Notes: generated by a model not told the origin, from the letters alone. Counted from the first letter of the stretch, positions 47,530 through 56,906 are shown. The stretch is DNA of 64,000 bases from Sphingobium sp. (GCA_050251675.1 JBFWMJ010000003.1:5128-69127), one strand, 5' to 3'. Made by a program: numbers and translations.

Positions 47530-48664
47530 ATATATAATAGCGCATGCGCGGGTCCAGAAAGGCCAGCATATAGGCCATGAGGTCGCGCACCGGCCGCGCA
47601 CGGAAAAAAGGATCTTCGATCCTGCCGCGCCGGAACAGCACCCGCACCAGCCGCTTGGTTTCCGGGATCATATACCGCGCGCGCAGGTCGTCGCGCGGCA
47701 CGGGCGCGGGCGCGCTGTCGCCCAGCACCGCGCGGCGGTAGCTTTCCCACGCGAAATACGCGCCGCAATGCAGCGCCAGCGGCAGGCTGCCCCAGAATCG
47801 ACCATTGACCTCCATCAACCAGTAGCGGCCGGTTTCCGGTTCATAGCGATATTCGACCATGGCCGGGCCTTCCCAGCCCAGCGCCGCCAGCAGCGTCTGC
47901 GACAACGCCATCTGCGGCTGGTGCAGGTCGCGCGGTTCGGCCGTGCAGAATGTCGACACGCCCCCTTCGGGCGGCCATTCGTGCAACCGGCGATGCTGGA
48001 ACGCCAGCGTCGCGGCGGCGCCGTGCCTATGGATCATCTGTCCCACGCCCACGCCGCCGCAATATTGCTGGTTCATGGGCCAGTGGCCGATCGGGGGTTA
48101 TCGGTCCACCAACGCATGCAACGCATCGGGGCCATGGATAAATTCTGCCTTTATCCATTCCATGTCGGCGCGTTTCAACAGCGGGATGATGGCGGGCGGA
48201 TCGGCCCATTTGGCGACCAGAGGATAGGTCATGCCGGCGATGCGCGCGGCGAAATCCTCACCGGCCAGCGGTTGCCAGGTGCGGGGCACCAGCAGGCCCA
48301 TGTCCGCCGCCAGCGCCAGCGTGCGGCGTTTGTCCAGCACCTGGCGCAACGCGTCGCCGCGCGGCGTCAGCATATGGCATTCGCCTACCATCGGCGGCAA
48401 TTGCGACAGGTCCAGCAGGTCGGATTCCGAAACCGCGAACACCGCCCGCGCGCCGGTGCGCGCGATCAGGTCGGGCAGCCACGTCACGGCGCTGCCCTCC
48501 GGCCGCAACGACCATGTGGTGCAATAGCGCGAAACGGCTCCGATCGCCGTCGCATGGTCGGCGACACCGTGGACCGCCACGCCGTGCCGGCCAAGGTCGC
48601 GGATGACCGACAGGCCGATGGCGCTGTCCAGGCCGATGACGATCGCACATTCCCTGCCCGTCAT
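47450..48664 (-). pseudogene. ATP-grasp carboxylate-amine ligase interrupted by one in-frame TAA
   Basis: ORFs 48098-48664 and 47450-48076 are in the same frame. They are separated only by TAA (48098-48100) and 7 sense codons, reading ...HALVDR*PPIGHWPMNQQY... The break falls between the ATP-binding Lys region (YPLVAKW) and the metal-binding region (MVEYRY...WLMEVNGRFWGS). Confidence 0.7.
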
Positions 48665-49641
48665 TCAGGAACCAACCGGCGTTCATACAGCCAGGTCGCC
48701 CACGCCTGCTGCGCGATGCGCAGCATGGTGCGCATGCGGTCGGGCGCCGCCCGCGTCTGCGCGCGCGCGGGCCGGTCGGGCAATGTCGCGGGCAGGTCGC
48801 CAAAGCCGGCCGGCCGAAGCGCCGCCATCGCCCGCGCCCGCCTGCACAGGCGGATGAAGCGGCGCATCACCAGCCGGTTGGGCCGCCGCCGGTCGCGCGA
48901 CAGCATCTCAAAACTGTGCGTGACCACCACGAACGCATCCTGCCCCTGGTCCACCGCATGCCGCAGTCCGGCCGCCATTTCAGCGCCGGACATCGCGCAA
49001 ACCTGCGCCGGCCGGAAGCCGCCGGGACGGTCGGCTATGCCCGACACCGGCACTTCCGCCACGCCCAGCCGGCGCACCGCGTCGACCCGCGCGACATCGA
49101 CGCCGATATCGCATCCACGGCCCAGATAGGCGGGATTGACGCTGCTGTCCCACGCAACCCCGATCGCGGCGAGTGCGCGCAGCGTATCGTCATTGGCGCC
49201 GAAATTGCCCGCGCGGAACGCCGTGATGGCGGGCGCGCCGGCCGCTTCCAGCAGGGATTTGCACAAAGATAGCAGAACCGTTTGATCGGCCAGCGAAAAA
49301 TCCCCGATATTGCGGCCCTGCCGGCCGTCCACCGGCGATTGGCGCGCCCAGGCCAGCCATTCGGTATGGATATGCATCTGCACCTCATGCCCCCGGCCGA
49401 CGATCGCCGCGACGATCGGCGCCAGAAAATCAGGTCCGTGGACCAGCGCCGGCATGGGATCGAGGAAAAACACGCCCCTGACGCCGTAACGATCCATCTG
49501 GTCCATCTGCCAGCCTATGCCATAGGATCGGCCGCCCGCCTCCCCCCAGATCGAGCGGCGTATATTGTCCTCCAGCCCGACACCCTTCTGGTGCAGCGAG
49601 GAAGACAGTTCCGTATCGATGGTGATGATGAGGGCGGTCAT
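48661..49641 (-). CDS. polysaccharide deacetylase (CE4-like) family protein
   Basis: MTALIITIDTELSS...VRGVFFLDPMP...GHEVQMHIHTEW... shows the Asp and His-His metal-site pattern of CE4-type deacetylases. ATGA-coupled to the ATP-grasp gene. Confidence 0.7.
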   Translation of the reverse strand: MTALIITIDTELSSSLHQKGVGLEDNIRRSIWGEAGGRSYGIGWQMDQMDRYGVRGVFFLDPMPALVHGPDFLAPIVAAIVGRGHEVQMHIHTEWLAWARQSPVDGRQGRNIGDFSLADQTVLLSLCKSLLEAAGAPAITAFRAGNFGANDDTLRALAAIGVAWDSSVNPAYLGRGCDIGVDVARVDAVRRLGVAEVPVSGIADRPGGFRPAQVCAMSGAEMAAGLRHAVDQGQDAFVVVTHSFEMLSRDRRRPNRLVMRRFIRLCRRARAMAALRPAGFGDLPATLPDRPARAQTRAAPDRMRTMLRIAQQAWATWLYERRLVPE

Positions 49642-49856
49642 GGACGGTCCGGGGACAGGGCGAACCGCTATACTGGCCGCCAGACGTTAAGAACAGATGA
49701 TCTCAGGCAAAGGTTTCGGTTTGCCGCCTGTCGGCAAACCGAGCCTGCCCTGCGTGAAATATGCCCATCCCATGCCGCGCAATCAAGGCTTGGCCTGAAT
49801 CGCGATTGGGCTTATGAGCGCGGCGGGCCCGGCGCATGGCGGCGGGCCTGAAGATC

Positions 49857-50079
49857 GCGCTGGTGTCCCAACGGGACTTAAAACGGGAATGCGGTGCGGA
49901 TGGCGTTACGCCATCCCAGTCCGCAGCTGTCCCTGCAACTGTGAGCGGTGAGCAAGGTTCATATCGTCCGTCGACCTTCGGGTCCGGCGGACAGTCACTG
50001 GGGCAAACGCATGGAAAGGCGGGTCCCGGGAAGGCCGTGGACCAAGCGACGACCCGCAAGCCAGGAGACCTGCCAGCGC
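49857..50079 (+). promoter_or_regulatory. cobalamin (B12) riboswitch aptamer
   Basis: P1 pairs GCGCTGG (49857-49863) with CCAGCGC (50073-50079). The core reads AAACGGGAATGCGGTGCGG...CCGCAGCTGTCCCTGCAACTGTGAGCGGTGAGC...CAGTCACTGGGG...CCGGGAAGGC...CGCAAGCCAGGAGACCTGCC, with the B12 box at 50058-50074. About 224 nt follow before the btuB ATG. Confidence 0.85.
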
Positions 50080-50302
50080 ACCGGTCGCTCTTTGCTCTGG
50101 TCCAGGGAATGGCCAAGGCACGGTCTCTCTCCGTCTGAGCGACGAACCATGCGGCTGGGGCCGCATCGGTGCGCGGTAACGGGCGACAGGCGCCCGTCCG
50201 TCGTCGCGCGCCGACCGTTCGTTCGCCCGCCGGCCCATGCCGGTGCCCGGGCGATGCCGGTACGCCCCGCCCGACACGTTGCCAGGCGCAAAGGGGTAAA
50301 CC

Positions 50303-52225
50303 ATGACCGGATCCATATATCGCGCGCTGACGACCGGCGCCTTCCTGCTGCCGACGGCCGCGCTCGCGCAGGGCGGGTCGCTCGATGCGCCCGAAAAGGT
50401 CACCGACACGATCATCGTCACCGCCAGCCGCGGCGCGGCGGGCATTTCGACCGCGACGCTCGGTTCGTCGGCAACCGTCCTTCAGGCGATGGATCTTCAG
50501 AATCGCCAGACCGTGATCCTGTCCGACGTGCTGCGTGATGTGCCCGGCATCTCGGTCAATCGAACCGGCCCGGTCGGCGGCCTGACCCAGATACGCATTC
50601 GCGGGGCGGAGGGCAATCACACGCTGGTGCTGATCGACGGGATCAAGGCGTCCGACCCCTATCAGGGCGAATATGATTTCGCCACGCTGACCGCCGATCC
50701 GGGCGCGCGGGTCGAAATCCTGCGCGGGGAACAAAGCGCGCTTTACGGGTCCGACGCGATCGGCGGCGTCGTCAATTACATCACCGCCAGCGGTCGCGAC
50801 ATGCCGGGCTTTGCCGCGCGGGTGGAAGGCGGGTCGTTCGGCACCGTCAACGGCGCGGTGCGCGGCGGCGGGGTCGCGGGCAACCTCGACTATATGATCG
50901 GCGGGTCCTATTCCAGCGTCGACGGCTATGTCGTTGCGCCGGGCGGATCGCGCAACATCGGGTCGACCATCGGCACGCTCAACGGCAAGCTGGGCTATCA
51001 GGCCGGCCAGGTCACGCTGCGCGCCGTGGCCCGGTATAACCACACCGACGCGGAACTGAACGATCAGGATTATCTGGTTACCGGCAATGCGGTCGACCAA
51101 GGCGGCAGCTATCGCAACAGCGCCTTCTATGCGCTGGTCGGCGCCAATTACCAGACGCAGGACGGCCGCTGGACCACCGATCTGAGCGCGCAGATGCACA
51201 ATTCCAACCGCCATTATCATGACGATGACGGTCAGGAGACAAGGGCCACGACGGGCCGCCGCCGCAAGGCGTCGCTGGTGTCCACACTCAAGCTGGGCGA
51301 CGACAACATGGCCCATGCGATCACCGGCGCGGTGGATTATGAGCGCGAGGAATATCGCGGGACCGGATCGACCATCGTCGGGAGCAATCCTTTCCGCAAC
51401 AATGACAATTGGGGTCTGGTCGGCCAGTATCAGCTGACGATCGACGACCGCATCGGCCTTGGCGGATCGATCCGCCAGGATTTCAACCAGCGCTTCCGCG
51501 ACGCCACCACCTGGCAGGCGCAGGCCAGCTACCGGTTCGATTTCGGCACGCGCCTGCACGCGGCCGGCGGCACGGGCGTCAAGGCGCCGACATTCAGCGA
51601 ACTGTTCGGCTATGCGCCGGACAGCGGCTATATCGGCAATCCCGATCTCAAGCCGGAAAAATCCACCGGCTGGGAAGTGGGTGTCGAACAATCCTTTCTG
51701 GGCGGCAACGGCCGCATCGACGTGACCTATTTCAACGCGAAGCTGCGCGACAAGATCGTCTATGCGTCCGCATGGCCGGCAGCGGGCTATACCTATGTGA
51801 ACGCGCCCGGCTCCTCCCCGCACCAGGGTGTCGAGGTGGCTGCCAATTTCCGCCTGCCCGGCGGGCTGAAGTTCGACGGCAGCTACACCTATCTCGACGC
51901 GAAGGACGATCTGGACGTCGTCCTGATCCGCCGTCCCAAACATATCGGCAGCGCCAATCTGGCCTGGCGGTCACAGGACGATAGGTTCGGCGCGAATGTG
52001 ACGGTGCGCTATAACGGCCGGTCGCTCGACACCAATTTCGCATCCTACGCTACCGAAACGCTGAAGGCCTATACGCTGGTCAACATCGGCGCCGACGTGG
52101 AAATCGTCCCCGGCATTTCGCTCTACGGCCGCGTCGAAAATCTGTTCGACGAGGATTATCGGGAGGTTGTCGGCTTCAGGACCGCCGGCCGCGGCGCCTA
52201 TGGCGGCTTCAAGGCGCGTTTCTGA
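50303..52225 (+). CDS. btuB: TonB-dependent vitamin B12/corrinoid receptor
   Basis: Signal peptide, TonB box DTIIVTASR, plug motif QIRIRGAEGNHTLVLIDGIK, and a barrel ending GGFKARF. It lies directly downstream of a cobalamin riboswitch. Confidence 0.8.
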   Translation: MTGSIYRALTTGAFLLPTAALAQGGSLDAPEKVTDTIIVTASRGAAGISTATLGSSATVLQAMDLQNRQTVILSDVLRDVPGISVNRTGPVGGLTQIRIRGAEGNHTLVLIDGIKASDPYQGEYDFATLTADPGARVEILRGEQSALYGSDAIGGVVNYITASGRDMPGFAARVEGGSFGTVNGAVRGGGVAGNLDYMIGGSYSSVDGYVVAPGGSRNIGSTIGTLNGKLGYQAGQVTLRAVARYNHTDAELNDQDYLVTGNAVDQGGSYRNSAFYALVGANYQTQDGRWTTDLSAQMHNSNRHYHDDDGQETRATTGRRRKASLVSTLKLGDDNMAHAITGAVDYEREEYRGTGSTIVGSNPFRNNDNWGLVGQYQLTIDDRIGLGGSIRQDFNQRFRDATTWQAQASYRFDFGTRLHAAGGTGVKAPTFSELFGYAPDSGYIGNPDLKPEKSTGWEVGVEQSFLGGNGRIDVTYFNAKLRDKIVYASAWPAAGYTYVNAPGSSPHQGVEVAANFRLPGGLKFDGSYTYLDAKDDLDVVLIRRPKHIGSANLAWRSQDDRFGANVTVRYNGRSLDTNFASYATETLKAYTLVNIGADVEIVPGISLYGRVENLFDEDYREVVGFRTAGRGAYGGFKARF

Positions 52226-52230
52226 AGACG

Positions 52231-53121
52231 ATGATGCGACCGGCCCTGACAGCTCTGCTACTGCTGTTGGGCGGCTGTGGCATACAGGGGCCGGTCGCGC
52301 CTGTTTCGACGCCCAGACCCATGCGCGTCATGTCGATGAACCAGTGCACCGATCAGCTCGTGCTGGCGCTTTTGCCGCCCGAACGGATCGCATCGGTCAC
52401 CTGGCTGGCCCGCGACCCGGCCGGATCGCTGCTCCACCGCGCGGCCGGACGGGTCGGCATCAACCACGGCCTCGCCGAGGAAGTCGTGCGCCAGCAGCCC
52501 GACCTCGTCATCGCGGGCAGCTTCACCACGCCGGCGACGCGCGCATTGTTGCGGCGGCTGGGCTATCCGATGATCGAGGTCGACCACCCCGGCAGCATCG
52601 ATGCAATCCGCGCGGCCACCCGGCAAATCGCCAGCGCCGTGGGCGAGGAGGCGCGTGGCGAAAGGCTGCTGGCCCGCATGGACCGGCAACTGGCGGACCT
52701 CGCGCGGGAACCGGGGCCGCCGCTGCGGGTGGCGGCATGGGACGGCGCGGGGTTCAGCGCGACCAGAGGCTCGCTGTTCGACACGATGCTTGGCCTCGCC
52801 GGCGCGGTGAACGTCGCGAACGAACCGCCCGCATCCGGCTATGGCAAACCCGATACGGAGATTCTGCTGCTGTCCGCCCCCACCCTGCTGGTGAAGGGGG
52901 CCGGCGTCGGCCGCAAGCCGGGCATGCACGACAACGTCGATCGCCACCCGCTGGTGCGGCGCTATTGGAACGGGGCGAGAAGCCTGACGATAGCGCAGGC
53001 CTATTATCTGTGCGGCACGCCCATGATCGGCGACGCGGCCCTGAAACTGCGGCGGGAATTGCGCGGCGCCGCGCGGCACATCCACGCGCCCTTGCCCTTC
53101 GCGCCGGCGGGCCGGCTGTGA
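52231..53121 (+). CDS. periplasmic substrate-binding protein of a FecCD-type ABC importer (BtuF-like)
   Basis: Lipobox LLLLGGC. RVMSMNQCTDQLVLALLPPERIASV...QPDLVIAGSF matches the type III binding-protein pattern. A 5-nt gap follows btuB. Confidence 0.75.
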   Translation: MMRPALTALLLLLGGCGIQGPVAPVSTPRPMRVMSMNQCTDQLVLALLPPERIASVTWLARDPAGSLLHRAAGRVGINHGLAEEVVRQQPDLVIAGSFTTPATRALLRRLGYPMIEVDHPGSIDAIRAATRQIASAVGEEARGERLLARMDRQLADLAREPGPPLRVAAWDGAGFSATRGSLFDTMLGLAGAVNVANEPPASGYGKPDTEILLLSAPTLLVKGAGVGRKPGMHDNVDRHPLVRRYWNGARSLTIAQAYYLCGTPMIGDAALKLRRELRGAARHIHAPLPFAPAGRL

Positions 53122-54116
53122 CGGCCCGTCCACAGCGCTGGCTGGTGCCGCTTCTGCTTGTGCTGCTGGTGGCGCTGGGCGGCATGTCGCTGCTCGCCGG
53201 TTCGGTCTGGCTTCGCCCGGGCGAAGCTGTGGCCGCCCTGCTGTCCGACCGGCCGGGCGTCGCCACCCTCATCCTCACCGACATCCGTCTGCCGCGCCTT
53301 GTCCTTGGCGTCATGATCGGCGGGATATTGGGCCTGACGGGCGCCTGTCTGCAAGGGCTGCTGCGCAACCCGCTGGCGGAACCGGGGCTGCTCGGCATTT
53401 CGGCGGGGGCCTCGCTGGGTTCGGTCATCGCCATCTATTTCGGCTTTGCCGCCAGCTTCGCCCTGGCATCCCCTCTATTCGGCCTGATCGGCGGATTCGT
53501 GACGGCGGGGATCGCGCTGGCCTTGTCGCGGGGCGGGGGCACGTTGTCGCTGATCCTCGCGGGGTCGGCGTTGAGCGCGATCGCCGGGGCCGGGGTCATC
53601 GTCGCCCTCAATCTCGCGCCCAACGCCTATGCCGCCTATGAGATCATGACCTGGCTGATGGGATCGCTGGTCGACCGCAGCTGGGATCATGTCCGGCTGG
53701 TCGCGCCGTTCATTCTGGCGGGCGGCGCCCTCCTCTTCCTGACCGGACGGGCGCTCGACGCGCTGGCGCTGGGCGAGGCGCAGGCCGAAAGCCTCGGCAT
53801 CCCGGTCGACCGGATTCGCCTCATGGCCCTGCTGGGCACGGCCCTCGGCGTGGGATCGGCGACGGCGGTGGCGGGCGTGATCGGCTTCGTGGGGCTGGTC
53901 GCCCCCCATCTGGTGCGGCCGCTGGTCGGGCATCAGCCGGGCCGCGTCCTCCTGCCCGCCGCGCTGACCGGCGCCATCCTCGTGACGCTGGCCGACATCG
54001 CGACGCGCACCATCGTGCCGGGCGGCCTGCCGCTCAACCTGGGCGTCTTCATCAGCATGATCGGCGCGCCCTTCTTCCTGTGGCTGGTCCTGCATGTACG
54101 GAAACGGACGGCGTGA
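53118..54116 (+). CDS. FecCD-family ABC permease (BtuC-like)
   Basis: The GTG start overlaps the upstream stop (GTGA). RLPRLVLGVMIGGILGLTGACLQGLLRNPLAEPGLLGISAGASLG...GFVGLVAPHLVRPLVG is the FecCD signature. The ORF-track N-terminus (52167) was rejected. Confidence 0.8.
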   Translation: MTARPQRWLVPLLLVLLVALGGMSLLAGSVWLRPGEAVAALLSDRPGVATLILTDIRLPRLVLGVMIGGILGLTGACLQGLLRNPLAEPGLLGISAGASLGSVIAIYFGFAASFALASPLFGLIGGFVTAGIALALSRGGGTLSLILAGSALSAIAGAGVIVALNLAPNAYAAYEIMTWLMGSLVDRSWDHVRLVAPFILAGGALLFLTGRALDALALGEAQAESLGIPVDRIRLMALLGTALGVGSATAVAGVIGFVGLVAPHLVRPLVGHQPGRVLLPAALTGAILVTLADIATRTIVPGGLPLNLGVFISMIGAPFFLWLVLHVRKRTA

Positions 54117-54895
54117 GCGCGCTTGTCCTTCAGGGCGTCACAGCCACGCGCAACGGACGCATGGTGCTGGACGGCGTCGACGCTCGTTTCGCGGCCGGAC
54201 GGCTGACGGCGGTCATCGGGCCGAACGGCGCGGGCAAGAGCACGCTGCTGGACGTCGCGGCCGGCCTCCTCAAACCTGCATCGGGCACGGTGCGGCTGGG
54301 CGACGACCCGCTGTCGGCGATCGGCCGCCGCGCGCTGGCCCGGCGCCGCGCCTATCTGCCCCAGCGCGCCGCCGTCGAATGGCCGATCACCGTCGAACGG
54401 GTGGTGGCGCTGGGGCTGACCCCGTCTTTGCCCGCCTTTGGCGACCTGCCGCCGCCGATGCGCCCGGCGATCGACGCGGCGATTGCCGCCTGCGGGCTGG
54501 ACGGCCTGCGGATGCGGCGGGCGACCGGCCTGTCGGGCGGAGAGCGTGCCCGCGTGCTGCTGGCGCGCGCGATCGTGGGCGATCCTGAACTGCTGATCGT
54601 CGATGAACCGACCGCCGATCTCGATCCGCGCTACGCGATCGATGCCGCCCGCCGGTTGCGGGCCCGCGCCGATGCGGGGCGCACGGTCGTCATCGCCATT
54701 CACGATCTCGCGCTCGCCCTGCGGTTCGCGGACGATGTGGTCGCAATACGGGATGGACGGGTCCATGCGTACGGGCCGGTCGAAACGGTGATGACCGAAC
54801 GGCTGCTGGGCGCGCTTTACGATGTGCCGGTGCGTATCCGCCGCGATGCCGATGGCGCATCGATCCGCTTTATCGATGGAGAGGCCCCGCTATGA
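54113..54895 (+). CDS. ABC transporter ATP-binding protein (BtuD/FecE-like)
   Basis: Walker A GPNGAGKST, signature LSGGERARV and Walker B LLIVDEP. The GTG start overlaps the permease stop. Confidence 0.8.
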   Translation: MSALVLQGVTATRNGRMVLDGVDARFAAGRLTAVIGPNGAGKSTLLDVAAGLLKPASGTVRLGDDPLSAIGRRALARRRAYLPQRAAVEWPITVERVVALGLTPSLPAFGDLPPPMRPAIDAAIAACGLDGLRMRRATGLSGGERARVLLARAIVGDPELLIVDEPTADLDPRYAIDAARRLRARADAGRTVVIAIHDLALALRFADDVVAIRDGRVHAYGPVETVMTERLLGALYDVPVRIRRDADGASIRFIDGEAPL

Positions 54896-55875
54896 CGGCA
54901 TCAACCCTGGCGTTGCTCAAACCCCTCGTCCGCGATCCCGCCAATGGCTGGAGCATCGGCAGTTTCGGCGCCATCGGTGAATTCGTCCGCGACGCCGACG
55001 AACCGGCGATCATCGCGGAGACACAGGATCGCATCGAGGTCGCCACGGCGCGCGGCGCGTTGCGGGTGGCGCCGCGCCAGCCATTGCGCCCGGTCGCCTG
55101 GGACAGCCTGTCCGCCGATGGGGAAAGCTGGGGCCATGCCCTGGCCTTTTGCGTTGCGCGGCCGCCCACCGTCCGCCGGACGATAGCGGCGCTGGGCATC
55201 GACCGGGACGCTGTGCGGGCGGAAGACAAAGATGCCGCACTGTTCGATCTGGGCGTGGGGTGCGGCGCGGTGGCCATGGGCCTGCGCACGCGCGACCCGG
55301 CGCTGATCGACGCGATGCGCGCCGCGGAAGGCATGGCGTTCCTGTCGGTCACGTCGCTGATGGCGGACGTCCTGCGCGCGCAGCCGCATCGCATATTGCT
55401 CTCCCCCGCCGGGCGAATCGAAATATTCCAGCCCATCCCGCCACCGGACGGCACCTCGCCCGAAGGGCCGCACACGCACCTTCTGCCCGGATTGATCGGC
55501 AGGGACCGGCCGCATTCTGCCAATGTGCCGATAGAAGAAGGCGCGCAATCCGCCCTGTCGATGCATCCGCCGTCCCCATGGCGCACCATGCGGGGGGAAA
55601 AGCACCCCTTTGACGCCGCGGTCGACGCGGATTTCGCGCCGCTGCTTGCGCGGTACGGTCTGGCGGAGGACATGGCGGTGGAGGCGGACATAATGGACGC
55701 GCTCGACCACGGGATCGCGCCCGACCACTTCGCATGGCCCGAAACGCGGCGGGGCCGGACAAGGGCGCGGATCGTGCTGCGCCGACGCGCGGCCGCCGGC
55801 GACGAACGGGTCAAGGCCTGGCGGGTCCTGTACGACCGCGCGCCTGTCGAGATAGAAGAAGGAGAAGAAGCGTGA
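54892..55875 (+). CDS. uncharacterised 327-aa cytoplasmic protein embedded in the btu-cob operon
   Basis: Third-codon positions are strongly G/C-rich in this frame. The ATG overlaps the btuD-like stop (ATGA) and the stop overlaps the cobW GTG (GTGA). No signal peptide or TM segment is visible by eye. I recognise no family (MTASTLALLKPLVRDPANGWSIGSFGAIGEF...PEGPHTHLLPGLIGRDRPHSANVP...VEIEEGEEA). Confidence 0.7.
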   Translation: MTASTLALLKPLVRDPANGWSIGSFGAIGEFVRDADEPAIIAETQDRIEVATARGALRVAPRQPLRPVAWDSLSADGESWGHALAFCVARPPTVRRTIAALGIDRDAVRAEDKDAALFDLGVGCGAVAMGLRTRDPALIDAMRAAEGMAFLSVTSLMADVLRAQPHRILLSPAGRIEIFQPIPPPDGTSPEGPHTHLLPGLIGRDRPHSANVPIEEGAQSALSMHPPSPWRTMRGEKHPFDAAVDADFAPLLARYGLAEDMAVEADIMDALDHGIAPDHFAWPETRRGRTRARIVLRRRAAAGDERVKAWRVLYDRAPVEIEEGEEA

Positions 55876-56906
55876 GCAAGATTCCGACCACCGTCATCAC
55901 CGGTTTCCTGGGGGCAGGGAAAACCACGCTGATCCGGCACCTCCTGCAAAATGCGAAGGGCCGTCGACTGGCGCTCATCGTCAACGAATTCGGCGATGTC
56001 GGCGTCGACGGCGACCTGCTGCGCGGCTGCAACGACGCCGCCTGCCCGGAGGAGGACATCGTCGAACTCGCCAATGGCTGCATCTGCTGCACCGTCGCCG
56101 ACGATTTCCTGCCGACTATGCAGACGCTGCTCGATCGCCCCAATCCGCCCGAACATATCATCATCGAAACGTCGGGCCTCGCCCTGCCGAAACCGCTGGT
56201 AAAGGCGTTCCAGTGGCCCGGCATCCGCACCCGCGCGACCGTCGACGGCGTGGTCGCCCTGATCGATGCCGATGCGGTGGCGGCGGGGCGTTTCGCGACG
56301 GACGAAGCCGCGCTGGCGCTGGCGCGCGCCGCCGACCCCACGCTCGACCATGACAGCCCGCTGGAGGAATTGTACGAGGATCAGCTTGCCTGCGCCGACC
56401 TTGTCATCCTCAACAAATCCGATCTGGTCGACGCCGACACGCTGGCCCGGATCGAAGGGGATATCGCCGGGGACACACGCGGCGGCGTAAAGATCGTTCG
56501 CGCCGACCATGGCGCGGTCGATCCCGGCGTCCTGCTCGGCCTGCTTGCGGGCGCGGAGGACGATCTGGACGCCCGCCCCTCCCATCATGACGCCGACCCA
56601 GACCATGATCATGACGATTTCGACAGTTTCGTCGTTCAGGGGGGTGAGGTCGCCGGGGTCGAGCCGCTGGTGGCGGCGCTGGCGCCGCTGATCGAGGCCC
56701 ATGACATATTGCGCGTCAAGGGCATGATCGCGATCGGGAACCGACCCGCGCGGCTGGTCCTCCAGGCCGTCGGCCCGCGCATCCAGCATTATTTCGACCG
56801 CGCCTGGACACCGCAGGAGCAGCGCCGTTCGCATCTGGTGGTGATCGGCCAGAAGGGGCTGGACCAGGCGGCGATCGAAACCGCGCTTCAGGCGGCATTG
56901 AACTGA
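55872..56906 (+). CDS. cobW: cobalamin biosynthesis GTPase metallochaperone CobW
   Basis: P-loop ITGFLGAGKTTLI, the GCICCT metal motif and the His/Asp-rich stretch SHHDADPDHDHDDFDSF. Confidence 0.85.
   Translation: MSKIPTTVITGFLGAGKTTLIRHLLQNAKGRRLALIVNEFGDVGVDGDLLRGCNDAACPEEDIVELANGCICCTVADDFLPTMQTLLDRPNPPEHIIIETSGLALPKPLVKAFQWPGIRTRATVDGVVALIDADAVAAGRFATDEAALALARAADPTLDHDSPLEELYEDQLACADLVILNKSDLVDADTLARIEGDIAGDTRGGVKIVRADHGAVDPGVLLGLLAGAEDDLDARPSHHDADPDHDHDDFDSFVVQGGEVAGVEPLVAALAPLIEAHDILRVKGMIAIGNRPARLVLQAVGPRIQHYFDRAWTPQEQRRSHLVVIGQKGLDQAAIETALQAALN

Noticed and set aside
49718-49740. A perfect 9-bp hairpin, GGTTTGCCG-CCTGT-CGGCAAACC, in the divergent region between the deacetylase gene and the btuB riboswitch.
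   Set aside because: It has no adjacent U-tract and lies upstream of both divergent genes, so it cannot be called a terminator. The function is unknown and the evidence is too thin for a feature call.
52167-53117. Long N-terminal extensions in the ORF track for the two FecCD permeases (52167-54116 and 61711-63225). Similar extensions occur for dnaE2, imuB, cobQ, cbiB, cobS, cobC, cobT, gloB, bamE, recA and cckA.
   Set aside because: The extensions are low-complexity Arg/Pro/Ala-rich and overlap the upstream gene. Conserved N-termini begin at internal ATG or GTG codons that overlap the preceding stop codon. The shorter coordinates were used.
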